A stretch of DNA of 64,000 nucleotides from Bugula neritina (Eukaryota; Animalia; Bryozoa), in NCBI GenBank assembly GCA_964035545.1, contig CAXIUT010000183.1, positions 868,001-932,000 of the forward strand, given 5' to 3'. The notes beneath the pieces were generated by a model. It had not been told where the DNA came from. It did not search any database and saw only the letters and a program-made list of their open reading frames with translations. Both the position numbers and the translations under genes were made by a program. Below, piece after piece: positions 1-16,600 of this stretch. The number at the start of each line of letters is the position of its first letter. Position 1 is the first letter of the stretch.

Positions 1-2987
1 AATATATTGCGACACATTGCAATATACTGTAATATACTGAAAAATGCTGTAGCACACTGAAATATACTGCAATTCGCTGAAATATACTGCAACATACTGA
101 AATACACCGCAACATCCTACAACATACTAAAATACACTGTAACATTTCGAAATACACTGCAACACATTGAATTATACTGAAACATAACGAAATATATGGT
201 AAACTACTGAAATATATTTTAACAAATTGAAAAATACTGCAACATACTGAAATATACTGTAACACACTGAAGTATACTGCAACATACTGAAATACACTGT
301 AACATACTGAAATATACTGCAACATACTGAAATACACTGCTACATACTGAAATATACTGCAACGTACTGCAACATACTGCAACATACTGAAATACACTGT
401 AACATACTGAAATACACTGCAACATACTACCACATATTGAAATACACTGCAACACATTGAAATGTACTGCAACATACCGAAATATATGGTAAACTACTAA
501 AATATACTGTAACACATTGAAATATACTGCAACATACCTAAATATACGGTAATATACTGAAATATACTATAACACACCGAAATATACTGCAACATACTGA
601 AATACACTGTAACATACCGAAATATACTGCAACATACTTAAATACACTGCTACATACTGCAACATACTGCAACATACTGCAACATACTGAAATACACTGT
701 AACATACTGAAATAAACTGCAACATACTACAACATATTGAAATACACTGCAACACATTGAAATATACTGCTACATACCTAAAAATACCGCAACATACTGA
801 AATATACTGCGACACATTGCAATATACTGTAACATATTGAAATATGCTGTAGCACACTGAAATACACTGCAACATCCTACAACATACTGAAATACACTGT
901 AACATATTGAAATACACTGCAAGAAATTGAAATAGACTGCAACATAACACAATATATGGTAAACTACTGAAATAGACTTTAACACATTGAAACATACTGC
1001 AACATACAGAAATATACTGTAACACACTGAAATATGCTGCAACATACTGAAATACACTGTAACATTCTGAAAAATACTGCAACATACTGAAATACACTGC
1101 TACATACTGAAATATACTGCAACATACTGCAAAATACTGCAACATACTGAAATACACTGTAACATATTGAAGTACACTGCAACACATTGAAATATACTGC
1201 AACATACCAAAATATATGGTAAACAACTGAAATATACTTTAACACATTGAAAAATACTGCAACATACTGAAATATACTGCGACACTTTGCAATATACTGT
1301 AACATACCGAAATATGCTCTAGCACACTGAAATACACTGCAACTCACTGAAATATACTGCAACATACTGAAATAGACTTTAACATATTGAAAAATACTGC
1401 AACATACTGAAATATACTGCGACACCTAGCAATATACTGTAACATACTGAAATATGCTCTAGCACACTGAAATACAATGCAACTTACTGAAATATACTGC
1501 AACATACTGAAGTACACTGCAACATCCTACAATATGCTGAAATACACTGTAACATATTGAAATACACTGCAACACTTTGAAATATACTGCAACATACCGA
1601 AATATGCTCCAGCACACTGAAATACACTGCAACTCACTGAAATATACTGCAACATACTGAAATACACTGTGACATCCTGAAATATACTGCAACATTCAGA
1701 AATACACTGCTACATACTGAAATATACTGCAACATACTGCAACATACTGAAATACACTGCAACATACTACAACATACTGAAATACGCTGCAACACATTGA
1801 AATATACTGCAACATACCTAAATATACGGTAATATACCGAAATATACTGTAACGCATTGCAAAATACTGCAACATACTGAAATACACTGCAACATCCTAC
1901 AATATGCTGAAATACACTGTAACATATTGAAATACACTGCAACACTTTGAAATATACTGCAACATACCGAAATATATGGTAAACTACTGCAACATACTAC
2001 AACATATTGAAATACACTGCAACACATTGAAGTATACTGCAACATACCTAAATATACGGTAATATACTGAAATATACTGTAACACATTGAAAAATCCTGC
2101 AACATACTGAAATATACTGTAACACACCGAAATATACTGCAACATACTGAAATACACTGTAACATACTGAAATATACTGCAACATACTGAAATACACTGC
2201 TACATACTGAAATATGCTGCAACATACTGCAACATACTGAAATACACTGTAACATACTGAAATAAACTGCAACATACTACAACATATTGAAATACACTGC
2301 AACACATTGAAATATACTGCAACATACCTAAATGTACGGTAATATACTGAAATTCACTGTAACGCATTGCAAAATACTGCAACATACTGAAATTCACTGC
2401 GACACACTGAAATACGCTGCAAAATACTACAACATACTGAAATAAACTTTAACATATTGAAATACACTGCAACACATTGAAAAGTACTGTAACATAATGA
2501 AATATACTGTAACACACTGAAATATACTGCAACATACTGAAATACACTGTAACATACTGAAATATACTGCAACATACTGAAATATACTGCTACATACTGA
2601 AATATACTGCAACATACTGCAACATACTGCAATACACTGTAACATACTGAAATACACTGCAACATACTACAACATATTGAAACACACTGCAACACATTGA
2701 AATACACTGCAACTTACCGAATATATGGTAAACTACTGAAATATACTGTAACGCATTGAAAAATACTGCAACATACTGAAATATATTGCGACACATTGCA
2801 ATATACTGTAACATACTGAAAAATGCTGTAGCACACTGAAATATACTGCAATTCACTGAAATATACTGCAACATACTGAAATACACCGCAACATCCTACA
2901 ACATACTGAAATACTTTGTAACATATTGAAATACACTGCAACACATTGAAATATACTGCAACATAACGAAATATATGGTAAACTACT

Positions 2988-3067
2988 GAAATATATTTTA
3001 ACACATTGAAAAATACTGCAACATACTGAAATATATTTTAACACATTGAAAAATACTGCAACATACT
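2988..3067. repeat. Local 40-bp doublet GAAATATATTTTAACACATTGAAAAATACTGCAACATACT x2, a recurring landmark cassette
   Basis: Seen directly here and as a doublet again at e.g. ~7763, ~9641, ~11909, ~31271 and ~54591. It is single-copy at e.g. ~10220, ~15605 and ~46608. Confidence 0.85.
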
Positions 3068-4849
3068 GAAATATACTGTAACACACTGAAGTACACTGCA
3101 ACTCACTGAAATATACTGCAATATACAGAAATACACTGCAACATCCTACAAAATGCTGAAATACACTGTAACATATTGAAATACACTGCAACACATTGAA
3201 AGATACTGCAACATACCGAAATATATAGTAAACTACTGAAATATACTGTAACACATTGAAAAATACTGCAACATACTGAAATATACTGCAACATACCTAA
3301 ATATACGGTAATATACTGAAATATACTGTAACACACCGAAATATACTGCAACATACTGAAATACACTGTAACATACTGAAATATACTGCAACATACTGAA
3401 ATACACTGCTACATACTGCAACATACTGCAACATACTGCAACATACTGAAATACACTGTAACATACTGAAATAAACTGCAACATACTACAACATATTGAA
3501 ATACACTGCAACACATTGAAATATACTGCTACATACCTAAATATACGGTAATATACTGAAATATACTGTAACACATTGAAAAAACTGCAACATACTGAAA
3601 TACACTGCAACGCACTGAAATGCACCGCAAAATACTACAACATGCTGAAATGCACTGTAACATATTGAAATCCACTGCAACACATTGAAATATACTGCAA
3701 CATACTGAAATATATTGCGACACATTGCAATATACTGTAATATGCTGAAAAATGCTGTAGCACACTGAAATATACTGCAATTCGCTGAAATATACTGCAA
3801 CATACTGAAATACACCGCAACATCCTACAACATACTAAAATACACTGTAACATTTCGAAATACACTGCAACACATTGAATTATACTGAAACATAACGAAA
3901 TATATGGTAAACTACTGGAATATATTTTAACAAATTGAAAAATACTGCAACATACTGAAATATACTGTAACACACTGAAGTATACTGCAACATACTGAAA
4001 TACACTGTAACATACTGAAATATACTGCAACATACTGAAATACACTGCTACATACTGAAATATACTGCAACGTACTGCAACATACTGCAACATACTGAAA
4101 TACACTGTAACATACTGAAATACACTGCAACATACTACCACATATTGAAATACACTGCAACACATTGAAATGTACTGCAACATACCGAAATATATGGTAA
4201 ACTACTAAAATATACTGTAACACATTGAAATATACTGCAACATACCTAAATATACGGTAATATACTGAAATATACTGTAACACGTGGAAAAAACTGCAAC
4301 ATACTGAAATACGCTGCAACACACTGAAATACACCGCAAAATACCACAACATACTGAAATACACTGTGACATATAGAAATACACTGCAACACATTGAAAT
4401 ATACTGCAACATACCGAAATATATGGTAAACTAATGAAATATACTGTAACACATTGAAAAATACCGCAACATACTGAAAAATACTGTAACATATTGAAAT
4501 ATGCTGTAGCACACTGAAATACACTGCAACATCCTACAACATACTGAAATACACTGTAACATATTGAAATACACTGCAAGAAATTGAAATAGACTGCAAC
4601 ATAACAAAATATATGGTAAACTACTGGAATAGACTTTAACACATTGAAAAATACTGCAACATACAGAAATATACTGTAACACACTGAAATATACTGCAAC
4701 ATACTGAAATACACTGTAACATTCTGAAATATAATGCAACATACTGAAATACACTGCTACATACTGAAATATACTGCAACATACTGCAAAATACTGCAAC
4801 ATACTGAAATACACTGTAACATATTGAAGTACACTGCAACACATTGAAA

Positions 4850-7620
4850 TATACTGCAACATACCAAAATATATCGTAAACAACTGAAATATACTTTAAC
4901 ACATTGAAAAATACTGCAACATACTGAAATATACTGCGACACTTTGCAATATACTGTAACATACCGAAATATGCTCTAGCACACTGAAATACACTGCAAC
5001 TCACTGAAATATACTGCAACATACTGAAATACACTGTGACATCCTGAAATATACTGCAACATTCTGAAATACACTGCTACATACTGAAATATACTGCAAC
5101 ATACTGCAACATACTGAAATACACTGCAACATACTACAACATACTGAAATACGCTGCAACACATTGAAATATACTGCAACATACCTAAATATACGGTAAT
5201 ATACCGAAATATACTGTAACGCATTGCAAAATACTGCAACATACTGAAATACACTGCGACACACTGAAATACGCTGCAAAATACTACAACATACTGAAAT
5301 AAACTGTAACATATTGAAATACACTGCAATACATTGAAAAATAATGCAATATACTGAAATATACTGTAACACACTGAAATATACTGCAACATACTGAAAT
5401 ACACTGTAGCATACTGAAATATACTGCAACGTACTGAAATACACTGCTACATACTGAAATATACTGTAACATACTGCAACATACTGAAATACACTGTAAC
5501 ATACTGAGATACACTGCCGCATACTGCAACATATTGAACTACACTGCAACACATTGAAATATATTGCAACTTATCGAATATATGGAAAACTACTGAAATA
5601 TACTGTAACGCATTGAAAAGACTGCAACATACTGAAATATATTGCGACAAATTGCAATATACTGTAATATACTGAAAAATGCTGTAGCACACTGAAATAT
5701 ACTGCAATTCGCTGAAATATACTGCAACATACTGAAATACACCGCAACATCCTACAACATACTAAAATACACTGTAACATTTCGAAATACACTGCAACAC
5801 ATTGAATTATACTGAAACATAACGAAATATATGGTAAACTACTGAAATATATTTTAACAAATTGAAAAATACTGCAACATACTGAAATATACTGTAACAC
5901 ACTGAAATATACTGCAACATACTGAAATACACTGTAACATACTGAAATATACTGCAACATACTGAAATACACTGCTACATACTGAAATATACTGCAACGT
6001 ACTGCAACATACTGCAACATACTGAAATACACTGTAACATACTGAAATACACTGCAACATACTACCACATATTGAAATACACTGCAACACATTGAAATGT
6101 ACTGCAACATACCGAAATATATGGTAAACTACTAAAATATACTGTAACACATTGAAATATACTGCAACATACCTAAATATACGGTAATATACTGAAATAT
6201 ACTGTAACACGTGGAAAAAACTGCAACATACTGAAATACGCTGCAACACACTGAAATACACCGCAAAATACCACAACATACTGAAATACACTGTGACATA
6301 TAGAAATACACTGCAACACATTGAAATATACTGCAACATACCGAAATATATGGTAAACTAATGAAATATACTGTAACACATTGAAAAATACCGCAACATA
6401 CTGAAAAATACTACGACACATTGCAATATACTGTAACATACTGAAATATACTGTAGCACACTGAAATACACTGCAACATCCTACAACATACTGAAATACA
6501 CTGTAACATATTGAAATACACTGCAACACATTGAAATATACTGCAACATAACAAAATATATGGTAAACTACTGAAATAGACTTTAACACATTGAAAAATA
6601 CTGCAACATACTGAAATATACTGTAACACACTGAAGTATACTGCAACATACTGAAATACACTGTAACATACTGAAATATACTGCAACATACTGAAATACA
6701 CTGCTACATACTGAAATATACTGCAACGTACTGCAACATACTCCAACATACTGAAATACACCGTAACATACTGAAATACACTGCAACATACTACCACATA
6801 TTGAAATACACTGCAACACATTGAAATGTACTTCAACATACCGAAATATAAGGTAAACTACTAAAATATGCTGTAACATATAGAAAAATACTGCAACATA
6901 CTGAAATATACTGCGACACCTAGCAATATACTGTAACATACTGAAATATGCTCTAGCACACTGAAATACAATGCAACTTACTGAAATATACTGCAACATA
7001 CTGAAGTACACTGCAACATCCTACAATATGCTGAAATACACTGTAACATATTGAATTACACTGCAACACTTTGAAATATACTGCAACATACCGAAATATA
7101 TGGTAAACTACTGCAACATACTACAACATATTGAAATACACTGCAACACATTGAAGTATACTGCAACATACCTAAATATACGGTAATATACTGAAATATA
7201 CTGTAACACATTGAAAAATCCTGCAACATACTGAAATATACTGTAACACACCGAAATATACTGCAACATACTGAAATACACTGTAACATACTGAAATATA
7301 CTGCAACATACTGAAATACACTGCTACATACTGAAATATGCTGCAACATACTGCAACATACTGAAATACACTGTAACATACTGAAATAAACTGCAACATA
7401 CTACAACATATTGAAATACACTGCAACACATTGAAATATACTGCAACATACCTAAATATACGGTAATATACTGAAATTCACTGTAACGCATTGCAAAATA
7501 CTGCAACATACTGAAATTCACTGCGACACACTGAAATACGCTGCAAAATACTACAACATACTGAAATAAACTGTAACATATTGAAATACAGTGCAACAGA
7601 TTGAAAAATACTGCAACATA
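4850..7620. repeat. ~2.8-kb block with dispersed paralogs at ~28240-31010 and ~36170-38940
   Basis: There is a constant ORF offset of +23387 (4976/28363, 5571/28958, 6173/29560, 6583/29970, 7172/30559) with near-identical translations. Confidence 0.85.
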
Positions 7621-10600
7621 CTGAAATATGCTGCAACATACTGCAACATACTGAAATACACTGTAACATACTGAAATAAACTGCAACATACTACAACATA
7701 TTGAAATACACTGCAACACATTGAAATATACTGCAACATAACGAAATATATGGTAAACTACTGAAATATATTTTAACACATTGAAAAATACTGCAACATA
7801 CTGAAATATATTTTAACACATTGAAAAATACTGCAACATACTGAAATATACTGTAACACACTGAAGTATACTGCAACATACTGAAATACACTGTAACATA
7901 CTGAAATATACTGCAACATACTGAAATACACTGCTACATACTGAAATATACTGCAACGTACTGCAACATACTCCAACATACTGAAATACACTGTACCATA
8001 CTGAAATACACTGCAACATACTACCACATATTGAAATACACTGCAACACATTGAAATACACTGCAACTTACCGAATATATGGTAAACTACTGAAATATAC
8101 TGTAACGCATTGAAAAATACTGCAACATACTGAAATATATTGCGACACATTGCAATATACTGTAACATACTGAAAAATGCTGTAGCACACTGAAATATAC
8201 TGCAATTCACTGAAATATACTGCAACATACTGAAATACACCGCAACATCCTACAACATACTGAAATACTTTGTAACATATTGAAATCACTGCAACACGTT
8301 GAAATATACTGCAACATAACGAAATATATGGTAAACTACTGAAATATATTTTAACACATCGAAAAATACTGCAACATACTGAAATATATTTTAACACATT
8401 GAAAAATACTGCAACATACTGAAATATACTGTAACACACTGAAGTACACTGCAACTCACTGAAATATACTGCAATATACAGAAATACACTGCAACATCCT
8501 ACAAAATGCTGAAATACACTGTACCATATTGAAATACACTGCAACATACTACCACATATTGAAATACACTGCAACACATTGAAATGTACTTCAACATACC
8601 GAAATATAAGGTAAACTACTAAAATATGCTGTAACATATTGAAAAATACTGCAACATACTCAAATATACTGCGACACCTAGCAATATACTGTAACATACT
8701 GAAATATGCTCTAGCACACTGAAATACAATGCAACTTACTGAAATATACTGCAACATACTGAAGTACACTGCAACATCCTACAATATGCTGAAATACACT
8801 GTAACATATTGAATTACACTGCAACACTTTGAAATATACTGCAACATACCGAAATATATGGTAAACTACTGCAACATACTACAACATATTGAAATACACT
8901 GCAACACATTGAAGTATACTGCAACATACCTAAATATACGGTAATATACTGAAATATACTGTAACACATTGAAAAATCCTGCAACATACTGAAATATACT
9001 GTAACACACCGAAATATACTGCAACATACTGAAATACACTGTAACATACTGAAATATACTGCAACATACTGAAATACACTGCTACATACTGAAATATGCT
9101 GCAACATACTGCAACATACTGAAATACACTGTAACATACTGAAATAAACTGCAACATACTACAACATATTGAAATACACTACAACACATTGAAATATACT
9201 GCAACATACCTAAATATACGGTAATATACTGAAATTCACTGTAACGCATTGCAAAATACTGCAACATACTGAAATTCACTGCGACACACTGAAATACGCT
9301 GCAAAATACTACAACATACTGAAATAAACTGTAACATATTGAAATACACTGCAACAGATTGAAAAATATTGCAACATACTGAAATATACTGTAACACACT
9401 GAAATATACTGCAACATACTGAAATACACTGTAACATACTGAAATATACTGCAACATACTGAAATACACTGCTACATACTGAAATATACTGCAACATACT
9501 GCAACATACTGCAATACACTGTAACATACTGAAATACACTGCAACATACTACAAAATATTGAAATACACTGCAACACATTGAAATACACTGCAACACATT
9601 GAAATATACTGCAACATAACGAAATATATGGTAAACTACTGAAATATATTTTAACACATTGAAAAATACTGCAACATACTGAAATATATTTTAACACATT
9701 GAAAAATACTGCAACATACTGAAATATACTGTAACACACTGAAGTATACTGCAACATACTGAAATACACTGTAACATACTGAAATATACTGCAACATACT
9801 GAAATACACTGCTACATACTGAAATATACTGCAACGTACTGCAACATACTCCAACATACTGAAATACACTGTACCATACTGAAATACACTGCAACATACT
9901 ACCACATATTGAAATACACTGCAACACATTGAAATACACTGCAACTTACCGAATATATGGTAAACTACTGAAATATACTGTAACGCATTGAAAAATACTG
10001 CAACATACTGAAATATATTGCGACACATTGCAATATACTGTAACATACTGAAAAATGCTGTAGCACACTGAAATATACTGCAATTCACTGAAATATACTG
10101 CAACATACTGAAATACACCGCAACATCCTACAACATACTGAAATACTTTGTAACATATTGAAATACACTGCAACACGTTGAAATATACTGCAACATAACG
10201 AAATATATGGTAAACTACTGAAATATATTTTAACACATCGAAAAATACTGCAACATACTGAAATATACTGTAACACACTGAAGTACACTGCAACTCACTG
10301 AAATATACTGCAATATACAGAAATACACTGCAACATCCTACAAAATGCTGAAATACACTGTACCATATTGAAATACACTGCAACATACTACCACATATTG
10401 AAATACACTGCAACACATTGAAATGTACTTCAACATACCGAAATATAAGGTAAACTACTAAAATATGCTGTAACATATTGAAAAATACTGCAACATACTG
10501 AAATATACTGCGACACCTAGCAATATACTGTAACATACTGAAATATGCTCTAGCACACTGAAATACAATGCAACTTACTGAAATATACTGCAACATACTG

Positions 10601-11138
10601 CAACATACTGAAATACACTGCAACATACTACAACATACTGAAATACGCTGCAACACATTGAAATATACTGCAACATACCTAAATATACGGTAATATACTG
10701 AAATTCACTGTAACGCATTGCAAAATACTGCAACATACTGAAATTCACTGCGACACACTGAAATACGCTGCAAAATACTACAACATACTGAAATAAACTG
10801 TAACATATTGAAATACACTGCAACACATTGAAAAATACTGCAACATACTGAAATATACTGTAACACACTGAAATATACTGCAACATACTGAAATACACTG
10901 TAACATACTGAAATATACTGCAACATACTGAAATACACTGCTACATACTGAAATATACTGCAACATACTGCAACATACTGCAATACACTGTAACATACTG
11001 AAATACACTGCAACATACTACAACATATTGAAACACACTGCAACACATTGAAATACACTGCAACTTACCGAATATATGGTAAACTACTGAAATATACTGT
11101 AACGCATTGAAAAATAGTGCAACATACTGAAATATATC

Positions 11139-13593
11139 GCGACACATTGCAATATACTGTAACATACTGAAAAATGCTGTAGCACACTGAAATATACTGC
11201 AATTCACTGAAATATACTGCAACATACTGAAATACACCGCAACATCCTACAACATACTGAAATACTTTGTAACATATTGAAATACACTGCAACACATTGA
11301 AATATACTGCAACATAACGAAATATATGGTAAACTACTGAAATATATTTTAACACACTGAAAAATACTGCAACATACTGAAATATATTTTAACACATTGA
11401 AAAATACTGCAACATACTGAAATATACTGTAACACACTGAAGTACACTGCAACTCACTGAAATATACTGCAATATACAGAAATACACTGCAACATCCTAC
11501 AAAATGCTGAAATACACTGTAACATATTGAAATACACTGCAACACATTGAAATATACTGCAACATACCGAAATATATAGTAAACTACTGAAATATACTGT
11601 AACACATTGAAAAATACTGCAACATACTGAAATATACTGCAACATACCTAAATATACGGTAATATACTGAAATATACTGTAACACACCGAAATATACTGC
11701 AACATACTGAAATACACTGTAACATACTGAAATACACTGCTACATACTGCAACATACTGCAACATACTGCAACATACTGAAATACACTGTAACATACTGA
11801 AATACACTGCAACATACTACAAAATATTGAAATACACTGCAACACATTGAAATACACTGCAACACATTGAAATATACTGCAACATAACGAAATATATGGT
11901 AAACTACTGAAATATATTTTAACACATTGAAAAATACTGCAACATACTGAAATATATTTTAACACATTGAAAAATACTGCAACATACTGAAATATACTGT
12001 AACACACTGAAGTATACTGCAACATACTGAAATACACTGTAACATACTGAAATATACTGCAACATACTCAAATACACTGCTACATACTGAAATATACTGC
12101 AACGTACTGCAACATACTCCAACATACTGAAATACACTGTACCATACTGAAATACACTGCAACATACTACCACATATTGAAATACACTGCAACACATTGA
12201 AATACACTGCAACTTACCGAATATATGGTAAACTACTGAAATATACTGTAACGCATTGAAAAATACTGCAACATACTGAAATATATTGCGACACATTGCA
12301 ATATACTGTAACATACTGAAAAATGCTGTAGCACACTGAAATATACTGCAATTCACTGAAATATACTGCAACATACTGAAATACACCGCAACATCCTACA
12401 ACATACTGAAATACTTTGTAACATATTGAAATACACTGCAACACATTGAAATATACTGCAACATAACGAAATATATGGTAAACTACTGAAATATATTTTA
12501 ACACACTGAAAAATACTGCAACATACTGAAATATATTTTAACACATTGAAAAATACTGCAACATACTGAAATATACTGTAACACACTGAAGTACACTGCA
12601 ACTCACTGAAATATACTGCAATATACAGAAATACACTGCAACATCCTACAAAATGCTGAAATACACTGTAACATATTGAAATACACTGCAACACATTGAA
12701 ATATACTGCAACATACCGAAATATATAGTAAACTACTGAAATATACTGTAACACATTGAAAAATACTGCAACATACTGAAATATACTGCAACATACCTAA
12801 ATATACGGTAATATACTGAAATATACTGTAACACACCGAAATATACTGCAACATACTGAAATACACTGTAACATACTGAAATACACTGCTACATACTGCA
12901 ACATACTGCAACATACTGCAACATACTGAAATACACTGTAACATACTGAAATACACTGCAACATACTACAAAATATTGAAATACACTGCAACACATTGAA
13001 ATACACTGCAACACATTGAAATATACTGCAACATAACGAAATATATGGTAAACTACTGAAATATATTTTAACACATTGAAAAATACTGCAACATACTGAA
13101 ATATATTTTAACACATTGAAAAATACTGCAACATACTGAAATATACTGTAACACACTGAAGTATACTGCAACATACTGAAATACACTGTAACATACTGAA
13201 ATATACTGCAACATACTCAAATACACTGCTACATACTGAAATATACTGCAACGTACTGCAACATACTCCAACATACTGAAATCTACTGTACCATACTGAA
13301 ATACACTGCAACATACTACCACATATTGAAATACACTGCAACACATTGAAATACACTGCAACTTACCGAATATATGGTAAACTACTGAAATATACTGTAA
13401 CGCATTGAAAAATACTGCAACATACTGAAATATATTGCGACACATTGCAATATACTGTAACATACTGAAAAATGCTGTAGCACACTGAAATATACTGCAA
13501 TTCACTGAAATATACTGCAACATACTGAAATACACCGCAACATCCTACAACATACTGAAATACTTTGTAACATATTGAAATACACTGCAACAC
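11139..13593. repeat. Tandem duplication of a 1,149-bp unit
   Basis: ORF offsets are +1149 (11204/12353, 11454/12603, 11648/12797, 11919/13068). The shared variant CTCAAATACACT is near 12067 and 13216. One 2-nt difference was seen at 13283-13284. Confidence 0.92.
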
Positions 13594-13689
13594 GTTGAAA
13601 TATACTGCAACATAACGAAATATATGGTAAACTACTGAAATATATTTTAACACATCGAAAAATACTGCAACATACTGAAATATATTTTA

Positions 13690-16600
13690 ACACATTGAAA
13701 AATACTGCAACATACTGAAATATACTGTAACACACTGAAGTACACTGCAACTCACTGAAATATACTGCAATATACAGAAATACACTGCAACATCCTACAA
13801 AATGCTGAAATACACTGTACCATATTGAAATACACTGCAACATACTACCACATATTGAAATACACTGCAACACATTGAAATGTACTTCAACATACCGAAA
13901 TATAAGGTAAACTACTAAAATATGCTGTAACATATTGAAAAATACTGCAACATACTGAAATATACTGCGACACCTAGCAATATACTGTAACATACTGAAA
14001 TATGCTCTAGCACACTGAAATACAATGCAACTTACTGAAATATACTGCAACATACTGAAATACACTGCAACATCCTACAATATGCTGAAATACACTGTAA
14101 CATATTGAAATACACTGCAACACTTTGAAATATACTGCAACATACCTAAATATACGGTAATATACTGAAATATACTGTAACACATTGAAAAATCCTGCAA
14201 CATACTGAAATATACTGTAACACACCGAAATATACTGCAACATACTGAAACACACTGTAACATACTGAAATATACTGCAACATACTGAAATACACTGCTA
14301 CATACTGAAATATGCTGCAACATACTGCAAGATACTGAAATACACTGTAACATACTGAAATAAACTGCAACATACTACAACATATTGAAATACACTGCAA
14401 CACATTGAAATGTACTGCAACATACCTAAATATACGGTAATATACTGAAATTCACTGTAACGCATTGCAAAATACTGCAACATACTGAAATTCACTGCGA
14501 CACACTGAAATACGCTGCAAAATACTACAACATACTGAAATAAACTGTAACATATTGAAATACACTGCAACACATTGAAAAATACTGCAACATACTGAAA
14601 TATACTGTAACACACTGAAATATACTGCAACATACTGAAATACACTGTAACATACTGAAATATACTGCAACATACTGAAATACACTGCTACATACTGAAA
14701 TATACTGCAACATACTGCAACATACTGCAATACACTGTAACATACTGAAATACACTGCAACATACTACAACATATTGAAACACACTGCAACACATTGAAA
14801 TACACTGCAACTTACCGAATATATGGTAAACTACTGAAATATACTGTAACGCATTGAAAAATAGTGCAACATACTGAAATATATTGCGACACATTGCAAT
14901 ATACTGTAACATACTGAAAAATGCTGTAGCACACTGAAACTTACTGCAATTCACTGAAATATACTGCAACATACTGAAATACACCGCAACATCCTACAAC
15001 ATACTGAAATACTTTGTAACATATTGAAATACACTGCAACACATTGAAATATACTGCAACATAACGAAATATATGGTAAACTACTGAAATATATTTTAAC
15101 ACACTGAAAAATACTGCAACATACTGAAATATATTTTAACACATTGAAAAATACTGCAACATACTGAAATATACTGCAACATACTGAAATACACTGCTAC
15201 ATACTGAAATATACTGCAACGTACTGCAACATACTCCAACATACTGAAATACACTGTACCATACTGAAATACACTGCAACATACTACCACATATTGAAAT
15301 ACACTGCAACACATTGAAATACACTGCAACTTACCGAATATATGGTAAACTACTGAAATATACTGTAACGCATTGAAAAATACTGCAACATACTGAAATA
15401 TATTGCGACACATTGCAATATACTGTAACATACTGAAAAATGCTGTAGCACACTGAAATATACTGCAATTCACTGAAATATACTGCAACATACTGAAATA
15501 CACCGCAACATCCTACAACATACTGAAATACTTTGTAACATATTGAAATACACTGCAACACGTTGAAATATACTGCAACATAACGAAATATATGGTAAAC
15601 TACTGAAATATATTTTAACACATCGAAAAATACTGCAACATACTGAAATATACTGTAACACACTGAAGTACACTGCAACTCACTGAAATATACTGCAATA
15701 TACAGAAATACACTGCAACATCCTACAAAATGCTGAAATACACTGTACCATATTGAAATACACTGCAACATACTACCACATATTGAAATACACTGCAACA
15801 CATTGAAATGTACTTCAACATACCGAAATATTAGGTAAACTACTAAAATATGCTGTAACATATTGAAAAATACTGCAACATACTGAAATATACTGCGACA
15901 CCTAGCAATATACTGTAACATACTGAAATATGCTCTAGCACACTGAAATACAATGCAACTTACTGAAATATACTGCAACATACTGAAATACACTGCAACA
16001 TCCTACAATATGCTGAAATACACTGTAACATATTGAAATACACTGCAACACTTTGAAATATACTGCAACATACCTAAATATACGGTAATATACTTAAATA
16101 TACTGTAACACATTGAAAAATCCTGCAACATACTGGAATATACTGTAACACACCGAAATATACTGCAACATACTGAAACACACTGTAACATACTGAAATA
16201 TACTGCAACATACTGAAATACACTGCTACATACTGAAATATGCTGCAACATACTGCAAGATACTGAAATACACTGTAACATACTGAAATAAACTGCAACA
16301 TACTACAACATATTGAAATACACTGCAACACATTGAAATGTACTGCAACATATCTAAATATACGGTAATATACTGAAATTCACTGTAACGCATTGCAAAA
16401 TACTGCAACATACTGAAATTCACTGCGACACACTGAAATACGCTGCAAAATACTACAACATACTGAAATAAACTGTAACATATTGAAATACACTGCAACA
16501 CATTGAAAAATACTGCAACATACTGAAATATACTGTAACACACTGAAATATACTGCAACATACTGAAATACACTGTAACATACTGAAATATACTGCAACA

